DNA of 64,000 nucleotides, taken from NCBI GenBank assembly GCA_902496015.1, contig CABUZJ010000004.1, forward strand, positions 4,257 to 68,256. The letters run 5' to 3'. Numbering within the stretch: position 1 is the first letter of the stretch; each line of letters begins with the position of its first letter. Below the pieces are notes generated by a model. That model made no database searches and had not been told where the DNA came from. It was given only the letters and a program-made list of their open reading frames with translations. A program made the translations under genes and the position numbers. Below, piece after piece: positions 1-8,427 of this stretch. The stretch comes from an uncultured Eubacteriales bacterium. GTDB lineage: Bacteria; Bacillota; Clostridia; Christensenellales; UBA1242.

Positions 1-289
1 AAGCGAAATAAGCATTATTCTGAATAGTTCCCATTTGTGGCGAAGATGATGTCAACACTGCATTTCTCATATAAGTTAAACACTTTAACACATTAGATTT
101 TCCTGAAGCATTGGCACCAAAAATAATAGCAGATTTCAATAAACTATTATTTTCATCTTGGTTAAATAAGTCTTTATTTACACTAAACGTATTTATGCCA
201 TCAAATTCTTTAATAGAAGCAGCCTGTAAACTTAGTTGATTTTCATTATAGAATGACTTAGCATTACCAAATCTAAAATTTACTAACAT
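1..289 (-). CDS. AAA/ABC-type P-loop ATPase, N-terminal 96 aa only (the rest lies left of the window)
   Basis: Own translation from ATG at 289-287, with GGAG at ~297-300: MLVNFRFGNAKSF...SAIIFGANASGKSNVLK. This is a Walker A in the N-terminal context typical of AAA_21/OLD/Abi-type ATPases. Absent from the ORF track because it runs off the edge. Confidence 0.65.
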   Translation of the reverse strand, partial: MLVNFRFGNAKSFYNENQLSLQAASIKEFDGINTFSVNKDLFNQDENNSLLKSAIIFGANASGKSNVLKCLTYMRNAVLTSSSPQMGTIQNNAYFA

Positions 290-494
290 AACTTTTCTCC
301 TTGAATTGTGATTATTATAATATAATATATGCAATTTGTCAATTCTTAATGACAATATTTGCAATTTTTTTTCAAAATTATATATTAAGAATATTAACCA
401 TTAAAATAATTTTATACATATTAGCGTAAAAATACATTTGTCTCACTTAACAAAACTAAACTAAAAAACTTATTTTATATAAATTTAAACAAAT

Positions 495-682
495 TTACAT
501 AGTTTTAGACAGTTTTAAATCACTTGATTTTATTAAAAATATAGGCGTAGGTGTATGTAGGTGCACAAGTTTTAAAATTTTTTGTACCTATTATAAAAAA
601 TACTAGCATTTTTGCTAGTATTTATAAGAGTTTTATTAGCATAGAGCACAAGTTTTGGTAAAAATATTTTTAAGTTGGTAAG
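495..682 (+). repeat. Copy 1 of a ~188-bp direct repeat (R), ending in the core TTGGTAAG
   Basis: Aligns by eye with 17278-17465 with roughly ten mismatches. Contains hairpins AGGTGCA..TGyACCT and AATACTAGC..GCTAGTATT. The last 8 nt match the anticodon-loop segment of the neighbouring tRNA-Thr genes. Confidence 0.85.
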
Positions 683-743
683 ATAAAAAATGACAAATTT
701 TACCACTTAAAAAACAACAAAATTTAACTTAAAAACTGAATAT

Positions 744-783
744 GCTAATGTAGCACAGTCGGTAGTGCACCGCCTTGGTAAGA
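744..783 (+). pseudogene. tRNA-Thr 5' half (acceptor 5' strand, D arm, anticodon stem 5' strand and loop), truncated right after TTGGTAAG
   Basis: GCTAATG-TA-GCAC-AGTCGGTA-GTGC-A-CCGCC-TTGGTAA-G, after which tRNA-like sequence stops. Its acceptor strand pairs better with the orphan 3' half at 17458-17502 than the intact gene's 5' strand does. Confidence 0.7.
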
Positions 784-844
784 TTTGAAATGCCTAAAAT
801 TATCGACTTAAAAACTTAATAAATTAGCCTATTTTTATAGATAT

Positions 845-919
845 GCTACTGTGGCTCAGCGGTAGAGCACTGCCTTGGTAAGGCAGGGGTCACGGGTCCG
901 ATTCCCGTCAGTAGCTCCA
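845..919 (+). tRNA. tRNA-Thr (anticodon GGT), CCA encoded
   Basis: Hand-folded cloverleaf: acceptor GCTACTG/CAGTAGC, D stem GCTC/GAGC, anticodon stem CTGCC/GGCAG with loop TTGGTAA, T stem ACGGG/CCCGT. 75 nt. Confidence 0.9.
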
Positions 920-1013
920 CTCATTAAAAGTCGCTAAAACCCTTTATTTTCCTCAGGTTTTGGCGATTTTTTTATTCTCATTTTTAAACGAAGATTTTAA
1001 GTCTAAAAAACAT

Positions 1014-1147
1014 TTGCTGTCAATTTTTGGTGCAATTGCTGTCAATATTTGCTCCATAAAAAAGACCGATAGTCAAAAAATCAACTATCGGTCTAAATTG
1101 TTCTAATACTATATTAAACGGATATATTTGCTGTCAATTGCTGTCAA
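1014..1147 (+). repeat. Four direct copies of TTGCTGTCAA (1014, 1036, 1128, 1138)
   Basis: Read directly. The reverse-complement motif TTGACAGCAA / TTGACATCAA / TTGACAGTA recurs at 60938-60998. Confidence 0.8.
1057..1094 (-). terminator. Rho-independent terminator downstream of the 1134-1727 gene
   Basis: Stem AGACCGATAGT / ACTATCGGTCT followed by a T-run on the minus strand. Confidence 0.7.
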
Positions 1148-1727
1148 CTTTATTTGTTGTATTTTTTATTTCTTTTACTTCACTTCTAAAAGACTCCAAC
1201 TCCTGCAAATTACTATCTTTGATAATGCTTGCAGCAAATGGGTGTTTTTTAATAAAATTGATACTTCTGTTTATTTCTTTTAAAAAATTCTTAGTATCTT
1301 CATTTGATATTTCTCTTATTTTTGAATGTAAAATATTTTTTTGCTGTTCAATTTCTTTAATTCCTTTATTTATTCCAAAAGAAAATGACTGGTATGTCAC
1401 CATAAGTGTAAGCAATGAAAATAAGAATATTCCTAACAAATTCATAAAAGAAAAATCAACAAGATTAAAATTATATCTAATTGTTTCTCCGAGAAACAAA
1501 GAAACCATTAAGCTTATTAATGATTGCCAATATTGATTTTTAATCTTAATAGTAATTGCCGACATTAATTGAAATAAATATAGTTCTAAAATAAATGCAT
1601 TAGCCCAAGTATTTATATCCTTTATCCATGAAATATCAATCTCTAATTTTGAAAGGCCTGTTAATATAGCCCATACCAATGTTATTACCAAACTTGGCCA
1701 ATTTTTCTTTAAAAATAATTTAATCAT
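1134..1727 (-). CDS. Hypothetical integral membrane protein (about 4 TM plus a charged C-terminal tail)
   Basis: 197-aa ORF with hydrophobic segments and a terminator downstream. No recognisable domain. Confidence 0.6.
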   Translation of the reverse strand: MIKLFLKKNWPSLVITLVWAILTGLSKLEIDISWIKDINTWANAFILELYLFQLMSAITIKIKNQYWQSLISLMVSLFLGETIRYNFNLVDFSFMNLLGIFLFSLLTLMVTYQSFSFGINKGIKEIEQQKNILHSKIREISNEDTKNFLKEINRSINFIKKHPFAASIIKDSNLQELESFRSEVKEIKNTTNKVDSN

Positions 1728-1996
1728 ATAAACCTCTATCTCTATGGTATTATATCATACTATTATTTTAAATTCATCTACATCTCAAAATCTTTTTCTT
1801 TTCTCTTTTTCTTTCTTTCGAGTTCTTTAATCATTCTATCAATTTCTTCGTCAGTAAGTTCATCATCTTTTGGCTTTTCAATTTCAACTTCTTTCTCTTT
1901 TTGTTGTTCTTGAATTCTAGTGTTTAGTCGGTCAGTTGCTTCTCTTACATAATCACTATTAACAGAGTTATAAACTGTAATTGTAGTAAATACGAA

Positions 1997-3664
1997 CTAT
2001 AGGCGGTTAACTTTTTGTTTATTTCGTTTAAAATCTATACCATTTATATTGTCTATGAGTTTATAGTAAATATGAATTTTTCGAGGTTCTTTACTTCCTT
2101 TAATGAATTTATCTACTGTTATAAATTCTATTAGTTCTAATGCCATTTCTCGAGTTAAAACGGGTGTTTCTATATACTTTTTCACTCTTTGTATAAACTC
2201 ATCAACATTTTTCTTATTTTGTTCTATTTTCTCTATGCTTTTATTTATTTGTGCAATCTCTTTTTCTAAAATTTCCTTTTCTTTTTGATAATTGTTTAGT
2301 AGTGATATACAGATATCTTCTGAGATTTTATTTAAAACTTTATCTTCATAAGTTGATTGAATTAGTTTTTTAACATCATCAAGTCTTTTTACTTTATTTT
2401 GCAAATTTTTATTATCAATTGAAAACTTTTCTTTTTGCAAACTTTCTTGTCTTTGCAAAAATTCTTTTCTTGCTTTTTCTTCATTAAAGTTTATAAAGTT
2501 TGCCTTTGATTTTATATCTTGCAAAACAATATTTTCAATATCATCAATCTTTATCATGTGGCTTGTACATATTCTTGTACCAAAAACTTTAAACCCACCA
2601 CAATTATAATTTGCTTGTCGGTATATTCTAGGCCCATTTCTTGAATGTCTTGTATTATTCCAACCTATGTGCATTTTACTGCCACAATCTTCACAATACA
2701 TTAGTCCTGAAAGTGGATGTACAATATCATTTGATTGAACTTTTCCTTGACTTACAGACCTTTCAATCTCTTTTACCTTATCCCAAAGTTCTTGCGAAAT
2801 TATTGCTTCATGAGTATTGTAAATTATCACTTTTTCTTCATCTGGCCTTTTTATTTGCTTTCTATTTTTATAAGAAATATTTGTTGTTCGTAGTTGAACC
2901 AAATGCCCTAAGTATGTTGGATTGCGAAGTATTTGCTTTACAACATCACATGTCCAAAGATGATGACTAAATCTATATGCCATAACACCAAATTTTTGAG
3001 TCCTATAGTCTGATGGAATTGGTATATTCTCATCATTAAATTTTATTGCAATATGTTTTGGACTAATCCCACTTGCTCGCATCTCAAATATTCTTCTTAC
3101 ATTGCTTGCTGCAGGTTCATCTATTATTGGAAGTTTCTTTTCATCAGTTCCTTTTACATAACCATAAGGTGCATAGGTTGTTCTATATTTTCCAGCTTTT
3201 GCATTGGCTTCAATTACTGCTCGTATTTTTTTACTAGTATTAGCCGAATGCCATTCATTAAACACATTCATTATTGGCATCATATCCATACCTGTTGTAT
3301 TTTTTGCAGTATCAACATTATCATTTAAGGCAATAAATCTAATGTTATACATTGGAAAAATGTAATCTGTATATTGTCCAACTTGAATATAGTTTCTTCC
3401 AAACCTAGACAAATCTTTGCAAAGTATTGTGTTTATTTTTCCACACTTAGCATCCTCTAATAATCTTTGAACTCCCGGTCTATCAAATGTTGTTCCAGAA
3501 TATCCATCATCAACATATATTTCTATCAAATTCCAACCTTGCTCTAACACATATTTTTCAAGTATAAGTTTTTGATTTTCTATTGATAGAGACTCCCCAT
3601 TTCTTTCATCATCTCTTGATAATCTTGCATATATACCTACTTTAATTTCTTGTTTTGATTCCAT
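1997..3664 (-). CDS. Large serine recombinase (resolvase domain + recombinase domain + zinc ribbon + coiled coil)
   Basis: IKVGIYARLSRDDE catalytic-Ser motif and a C..C...C Zn-ribbon region (CEDCGSKM...NYNCGG). Start moved to MESKQ (ATG 3664) behind GGAGGA. Confidence 0.9.
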   Translation of the reverse strand: MESKQEIKVGIYARLSRDDERNGESLSIENQKLILEKYVLEQGWNLIEIYVDDGYSGTTFDRPGVQRLLEDAKCGKINTILCKDLSRFGRNYIQVGQYTDYIFPMYNIRFIALNDNVDTAKNTTGMDMMPIMNVFNEWHSANTSKKIRAVIEANAKAGKYRTTYAPYGYVKGTDEKKLPIIDEPAASNVRRIFEMRASGISPKHIAIKFNDENIPIPSDYRTQKFGVMAYRFSHHLWTCDVVKQILRNPTYLGHLVQLRTTNISYKNRKQIKRPDEEKVIIYNTHEAIISQELWDKVKEIERSVSQGKVQSNDIVHPLSGLMYCEDCGSKMHIGWNNTRHSRNGPRIYRQANYNCGGFKVFGTRICTSHMIKIDDIENIVLQDIKSKANFINFNEEKARKEFLQRQESLQKEKFSIDNKNLQNKVKRLDDVKKLIQSTYEDKVLNKISEDICISLLNNYQKEKEILEKEIAQINKSIEKIEQNKKNVDEFIQRVKKYIETPVLTREMALELIEFITVDKFIKGSKEPRKIHIYYKLIDNINGIDFKRNKQKVNRL

Positions 3665-3758
3665 TATTCCTCCTTTTAGAGAAACCAAAACACTGAAAGT
3701 AAATACATTTTTATTATAACATAAAAAATGCTAAACTGACAGTGTTTTTAGAAATCTC

Positions 3759-3935
3759 TTATAACATTTCCTGATATGCTTGCTTCTGGGCAAGATTAAT
3801 TATAATTTCATTTAAATTTTTACTTCCAACAAAGTGACTGATTACTATATATTTTTTATCTTTAATAACATATTCTTGTTTGCGTGTTGGAAAGTTTGAA
3901 AATTCTTGTTTTAAGTTTTGTAATTGTTTTTTCAT
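3759..3935 (-). CDS. Small TnpW-like transposon protein (58 aa)
   Basis: Own translation: MKKQLQNLKQEFSNFPTRKQEYVIKDKKYIVISHFVGSKNLNEIIINLAQKQAYQEML. GAGGG lies 6 nt upstream. It resembles small proteins next to Tn4451-type serine recombinases (from memory). Confidence 0.5.
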   Translation of the reverse strand: MKKQLQNLKQEFSNFPTRKQEYVIKDKKYIVISHFVGSKNLNEIIINLAQKQAYQEML

Positions 3936-3989
3936 TCATTACCCTCATCATAAAAAACTCCTTTCTATTAAATTTTGTCATAGTTCTTT

Positions 3990-4395
3990 TACGCATCGAG
4001 CGAAAGACTTTAGGCAATATATTAGGGAATCCCAAAAAGTATTACTCGCTAAACTTTTTGGGAAGCGGAAAAGCCAACAGTAAAATGAACAAATTTTATT
4101 TAAAAAATAAGATTTCAAATCCAAAGGTTGTGCTTTGACGAAGTGTTAGGTATCCTAACAGCTTTTAAAAAATGACGAGAAAACAAAAAATTGCTTGATT
4201 CTACAAAAGTCCTTTATTTTATGGATATTTGTAGTTATCAAAAGCAATTTGTTTCTCGCTTATCCTGTTTTCGCGTCAAAGCACTCACTTTTGCTCAAAA
4301 TTGCAAATAATATTTGCAATTTGTATCGCCTTTTCGTTCGGCTTTTCCTTTCCCCAAAAACTCTAGCAAGCAAGAGTTGTTCGGGGACCCCAATT
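3990..4395. other. ~400-nt imperfect palindrome (candidate oriT / single-strand origin / long hairpin RNA)
   Basis: Matching arm blocks: 4054-4075 CTTTTTGGGAAGCGGAAAAGCC vs 4340-4361 GGCTTTTCCTTTCCCCAAAAAC; 4130-4140 GTGCTTTGACG vs 4274-4284 CGTCAAAGCAC; 4177-4199 vs 4237-4257; centre CTACAAA..TTTGTAG. Inner hairpins at 4145-4159 and 4303-4317. Confidence 0.6.
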
Positions 4396-4403
4396 ATAGA
4401 TTT

Positions 4404-5601
4404 TTATATTTCAAAATCATTTTCATATTGTTCTATCAAATTTTGGTATCTCAATTCTTCTAACTTATTATAAAATTCTTGAAATGTCTTTATTATCTCA
4501 TAATTAACCTTTTGACTGATATATAAACACTCTTGAATTTCGTTAAACAATTTTTTCTTTTGCTTTATTTTTTGTGCTTTATATTTTGCATTTAGTTTTA
4601 ATCTTTCATCATCTTTTGCTTTTAAATTTTTCGATTGCTCAATAACAACATTTCCAATTCTTCGGTAAAAATCTTGCATATATTTTTTCTCAAAATTAAA
4701 AGGTTGTTTAACGCGATTTCGCTTGCAATATGCTTCAAACTTTTCATCTTTCTCTTTTGCTAAATTTATAAAATCTTCCTTTAAAGTTTTTGCTTGATAG
4801 TCTTTTGACAAAATGTAATTTGTAATACTATCAATCTTAGGTTTTAGTGATTTCATATTCTCACAGTCATAATATGTGTGTCCAGTTTTTGGAAATTCGT
4901 TTGCAAGAGATAAAAGTTTATTCTTTAAAATATACCCAACACTTGTCATTAAACCTTTTAATTTTGTCATTTTGTCTTTTTCTTGCAAGTATTTCTCTTG
5001 CCTTAAAGTCTATTGCAGAAAGCTCAATATTTGCTTTTAACTCATTGATTTTATTTAATGATAGCTTGCCATTAGAGTATTGCTTTCCTTTTTTATTTGG
5101 GCGTATTCTTTGTGGACTATTTTCAAAAAATGAAATGTGAATATGTCTGTTATCTGTATTCTCGTGAAGTCCTGCAAACCAAGTTATATTATCTGGTTTT
5201 AGTCCAGCATTTTTAAAAAATTTTGGCAACTCACTTTTTATTAAATTGTATGCTTGCTCATAACTATCACACCAAGCCTTACCAAACTTTTCTTCAAAAC
5301 TTATAACCATATCCCAAATAACTGATTTTGTTTTTCTTAAAGCCTGCCTTATCTCTTTTCTTTCATCACTTGTTAAAAGTCCATTTTTACCAAATACTCC
5401 AGCACTTTTATCTTTGTTGTTCATATATGAAAGATAGTCAAATTTTTTCATGTCATTTATTCCAGTCAAAATGTAATTCATATAATCTTTATTTGTGTTA
5501 GATGAATAAAATTGCCTTTTGTTTTTATATTCTTTACTCCCATCATGAGAGTTGTAATAATGCAAAAATATATTCACATTAGGAACAATTCTATCTGCCA
5601 T
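4404..5601 (-). pseudogene. MOB relaxase (MobL-like; HENTDNRHIHISF histidine motif) split into two overlapping ORFs by a frameshift
   Basis: ORFs 4918-5601 and 4404-4988 overlap by 71 nt. Frames can be joined near an A5 run (plus-strand T run ~4977-4981), giving ...AREILARK|DKMTKLKGL... Confidence 0.65.
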
Positions 5602-6031
5602 TTGTTTCCCTTATGCAATTAAGTTCTTCATCTAACAAATCAAATAGCCCTTCGTTTATATCATAATCACATTTTTTGTTACATTCTGAGTTGTAAACCA
5701 CATAGGCAACATAATTTAACATTTTCTTAATTAAAGCAATATCTATTTCATATTCGTTTTTGTTTTGTTTAATTTCGCATTTTGTGTTTTTAATTTCTTC
5801 ATTGATATAATATAAACTTTGTCTTATCTCATCTAGATTTGCTCTTTGGTCAACTTCATTATCTCCAAGTAATTTTTCAGCACCAGTAACAGTGCAATAA
5901 CGAATAAAGTCCGAAAGATTATCAAATCCCGATTTTGTTCTATTGTATGCTTTATCTAAAATATCTTTATCTTCTTGATTGTAAATTCGCAGTGTTAATT
6001 GTGATTTTAATGTTTGTTTTGTTTTTGGCAT
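5591..6031 (-). CDS. Ribbon-helix-helix mobilisation accessory protein (MobC-like)
   Basis: MPKTKQTLKSQLTLRIYNQEDKDILDK has an RHH-like N-terminus, lies directly upstream of the relaxase and overlaps it. Start set at ATG 6031 behind AAAGGAGAA. Confidence 0.55.
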   Translation of the reverse strand: MPKTKQTLKSQLTLRIYNQEDKDILDKAYNRTKSGFDNLSDFIRYCTVTGAEKLLGDNEVDQRANLDEIRQSLYYINEEIKNTKCEIKQNKNEYEIDIALIKKMLNYVAYVVYNSECNKKCDYDINEGLFDLLDEELNCIRETNGR

Positions 6032-6109
6032 TTTGTTTTCTCCTTTTGTTTTAGTTTTATAAAGGGGCAACAAAAAAAACTATCAAATTTTTAATAGTTC
6101 TTTTGCTTA

Positions 6110-6886
6110 TTATGAAATTTTATGTTTTGCTAATTCTTGAAGTATTTCATAAGTTGGAATATTCAAATATACTTTTTCTGTTTCATTAAACTTCCCACAT
6201 TGTTTTAGTTGTTTTAAAAAATCCCACACAGGTTTTGTCATCTTTTCTAATTTTTTTATTGTTGTAATAGAAATTTTTATTCCTTTCTTTTCTGCTATTT
6301 TCTTTATTTGAGTTACATTTTTCATTAAATCCATAACTTGTCCTAAATCAATTGAGATAAAATCTTTACTTGCCGATTTTATAACTTCTTCTATAACATC
6401 ATCTGCAAAATCTTTATAATGAGATTGATAAAAATTTGTATTGCTAAATTCAGGATCAAAAGAAAGCAAAATATGTAAATGTTTTAATGCTGTTGCTTTA
6501 AATTGACAAAAAGCACTAGTGCTCATTTTTAAGTAATCAGCAAGTTCTTTATTTTTATAGCCATATTTATAATAATCTTTTATAATCTTCGCTTGCTTAT
6601 CTTCGAGTTCGTCAACAACTCGCCAAATACATTTTGCAAATTCTTTTTTCTCTAAATTCTTTTCAATATAAGCATTCTCATCTGCAATTATTTCGTGATA
6701 TGTTAATGCTTCTTCACCATTATATTCTGTTTGCTCATCCAATGAAATTGCAATATATTGCCTATCTTTTTCTTGTTGACGTTTTAGTCTTTTATTGTCA
6801 CTACGCAAAAATAGAGCAACTTCATCGTTTACTTCCAAATCTATAAATTTATTGTGAATTCTATCGTAATATTTGATTGTTTCCAT
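6110..6886 (-). CDS. Sigma-70 region-4-like HTH regulator, of the type found in conjugative transposons
   Basis: KQAKIIKDYYKYGYKNKELADYLKMSTSAFCQFKATALKHL is a region-4-like HTH. Confidence 0.55.
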   Translation of the reverse strand: METIKYYDRIHNKFIDLEVNDEVALFLRSDNKRLKRQQEKDRQYIAISLDEQTEYNGEEALTYHEIIADENAYIEKNLEKKEFAKCIWRVVDELEDKQAKIIKDYYKYGYKNKELADYLKMSTSAFCQFKATALKHLHILLSFDPEFSNTNFYQSHYKDFADDVIEEVIKSASKDFISIDLGQVMDLMKNVTQIKKIAEKKGIKISITTIKKLEKMTKPVWDFLKQLKQCGKFNETEKVYLNIPTYEILQELAKHKIS

Positions 6887-7084
6887 TTTATCTTCCTTTA
6901 TTTAACTAGGTAGAACTTTGTTTTTTTGCAATCATCTCATTTACGAAAAAAGCCCAGTTTACCTATATGATACTTCTGGTCGGGTATCGATTTCGGTGCA
7001 CTAAGGCTCACTCAGAATTTATCTTTTGTTGGAACGATAAAGTTCGCTATGTAATGAAAATTAATACTCTTAACTTTCATTGCT

Positions 7085-7113
7085 ATTATAGAACAAATGT
7101 TTGGTAAATGCAA
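7085..7113 (-). promoter_or_regulatory. Sigma-70-type promoter TTGCAT-N17-TATAAT driving the 6886..4404 operon
   Basis: The reverse complement of 7108-7113 is TTGCAT and of 7085-7090 is TATAAT, with a 17-nt spacer. Confidence 0.6.
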
Positions 7114-7129
7114 GTAATATTTAATAACT

Positions 7130-8068
7130 TTATATTGCACACATAAGTTTTCCAAATTTATTCATCATATCAGTTTTATACGACATAAGCGAATGTGTAT
7201 ATCTTTGCAGTGTTATCATAGGGTTTTTGTGTCCAAGTATTTCGGAAACAGTTTTAACATCCATACCAAACTCTAAGGCGCGAGTTGCAAATGTGTGGCG
7301 AAGTGAATGGAAATTTTTATAAGGAATATTAAGTTTATTAAGTATTCTTTCAAATGTTCGTTGATATGACCTTGTTCCAACCATACCATTGTTTTTTGTT
7401 GTTATAACAAATTTTGATGTGGAGCTCTTTTTTATTTTCTTTAAAACTTCAACAAGTTGCTTTGGCAGTGGAATAACGCGGTTAGAATTCTTTGTTTTTG
7501 GTGTGTCAACAATAATAGTAATCTTATCATCTTTTTTGCCCTGAAAGGCAGATTTTGAAATAGTCATATAGTTTCGCGCAAAATCAATATCATCCCAAGT
7601 AAGTGCTAAAAGTTCTCCGATCCTTAGTCCCGTATACAAACAAATAACAATTCCAATGTAATTTGGTTTTTTGCTAGACAAACAAAACTTTTCAATTTTG
7701 TCCTGTTCACTTTTTTCAAAAGCACTAACTTTTGTTTCTTCTTGAATTGGCATTTTTATTTTCTTTGTTGAATTCTTGTTTGTCATTTCCAAAACATTTG
7801 CTTCTTCAATTGCTTGTTTTAATATGTTGGTCATAACAATAACAGTGTTGTTAGCCAACCCCTTGCCATTTTTCAAATTGCCCTTTTCCAACTTTTCTAG
7901 CACAAACTCTTGAAGAACCTGCGGTGTTAGATTTTCAAGTTCTAACTCGCCAAGTTTGGGTTTTATATGCTTTTCAATAAATTGTAAATAAGTGTTATAG
8001 GTCCTTATTTTAACCGTGTGCTTAACATATTTGTTCATCCAAGTGTCAAGCCAATCTTTTAATTTCAT
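7130..8068 (-). CDS. Tyrosine recombinase / phage-type integrase
   Basis: C-terminal catalytic region ...TGLRIGELLAL...HSLRHTFATRALEFGMDVKTVSEILGHKNPMITLQRYTH. Confidence 0.9.
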   Translation of the reverse strand: MKLKDWLDTWMNKYVKHTVKIRTYNTYLQFIEKHIKPKLGELELENLTPQVLQEFVLEKLEKGNLKNGKGLANNTVIVMTNILKQAIEEANVLEMTNKNSTKKIKMPIQEETKVSAFEKSEQDKIEKFCLSSKKPNYIGIVICLYTGLRIGELLALTWDDIDFARNYMTISKSAFQGKKDDKITIIVDTPKTKNSNRVIPLPKQLVEVLKKIKKSSTSKFVITTKNNGMVGTRSYQRTFERILNKLNIPYKNFHSLRHTFATRALEFGMDVKTVSEILGHKNPMITLQRYTHSLMSYKTDMMNKFGKLMCAI

Positions 8069-8203
8069 CTTTGTTTACCTCCTAAAATATTTTAATTGAT
8101 TTTTGCCCCCTCACATATATAAGGACATTTAAAAATCAAAAATTTAGGCAGTAAATGAAATATTTTCAATTTTTCTAAAAAATTTTTTAATTTTCATACA
8201 AAA

Positions 8204-8238
8204 AGACCACCTAATCTTGCAATCGGTGGTCTCTTTTG
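8204..8238. terminator. GC-rich hairpin AGACCACC..GGTGGTCT with flanking A/T runs (left boundary of the MTase cassette)
   Basis: Read directly. Similar in sequence to the hairpin at 11192-11226. Confidence 0.6.
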
Positions 8239-8427
8239 CTTTTAATATAAAACAATTATAACATACTTTTTCTAAAAATGTATAAGTTTTTACCATTTTC
8301 CCCAAAATAGATGTATCAAAAGAATAATATTAGTAAAAGTTGAAGTCATTTATTGCAAGAATAGATGACTTTTATTTTTTTATAAAGATACATCTTTTTT
8401 ACTGTAATGCGTGGTCAAGGAGAGATT

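Noticed and set aside
1138-1536. Plus-strand ORF antisense to the 1134-1727 gene, and the analogous shadow ORFs: 2103-2288, 2641-2970, 3053-3328, 6634-6846, 10226-10480, 12188-12421, 12820-13404, 13695-13892, 16477-16749, 16896-17096, 19067-19258, 19929-20200, 23099-23287, 24670-24888, 27050-27241, 37990-38226, 38837-39064, 40382-40951, 41845-42957, 43066-43305, 43557-43766, 44395-44703, 46408-46780, 49598-49795, 51086-51403, 52339-52578, 53284-53478, 53620-53844, 54406-54624, 58369-58653, 62804-63019.
   Set aside because: All lie antisense to or overlap ORFs with clear domain signatures. They have low-complexity Phe/Ile/Leu/Ser-rich translations and lack RBSs. This is typical of shadow frames in AT-rich DNA.
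1750-1990. Lys/Glu-rich minus-strand frame (..EQQKEKEVEIEKPKDDELTDEEIDRMIKELERKKKRK..) just downstream of the serine recombinase.
   Set aside because: The frame opens after a TAG and has no ATG, GTG or TTG until near its end. It may be a remnant or a low-complexity coincidence.
3880-4473. Plus-strand ORFs 3880-4083, 3884-4138 and 4195-4473 inside the palindromic region.
   Set aside because: They have no RBS and low-complexity translations, and they mirror each other only because of the inverted repeat. The region is treated as non-coding.
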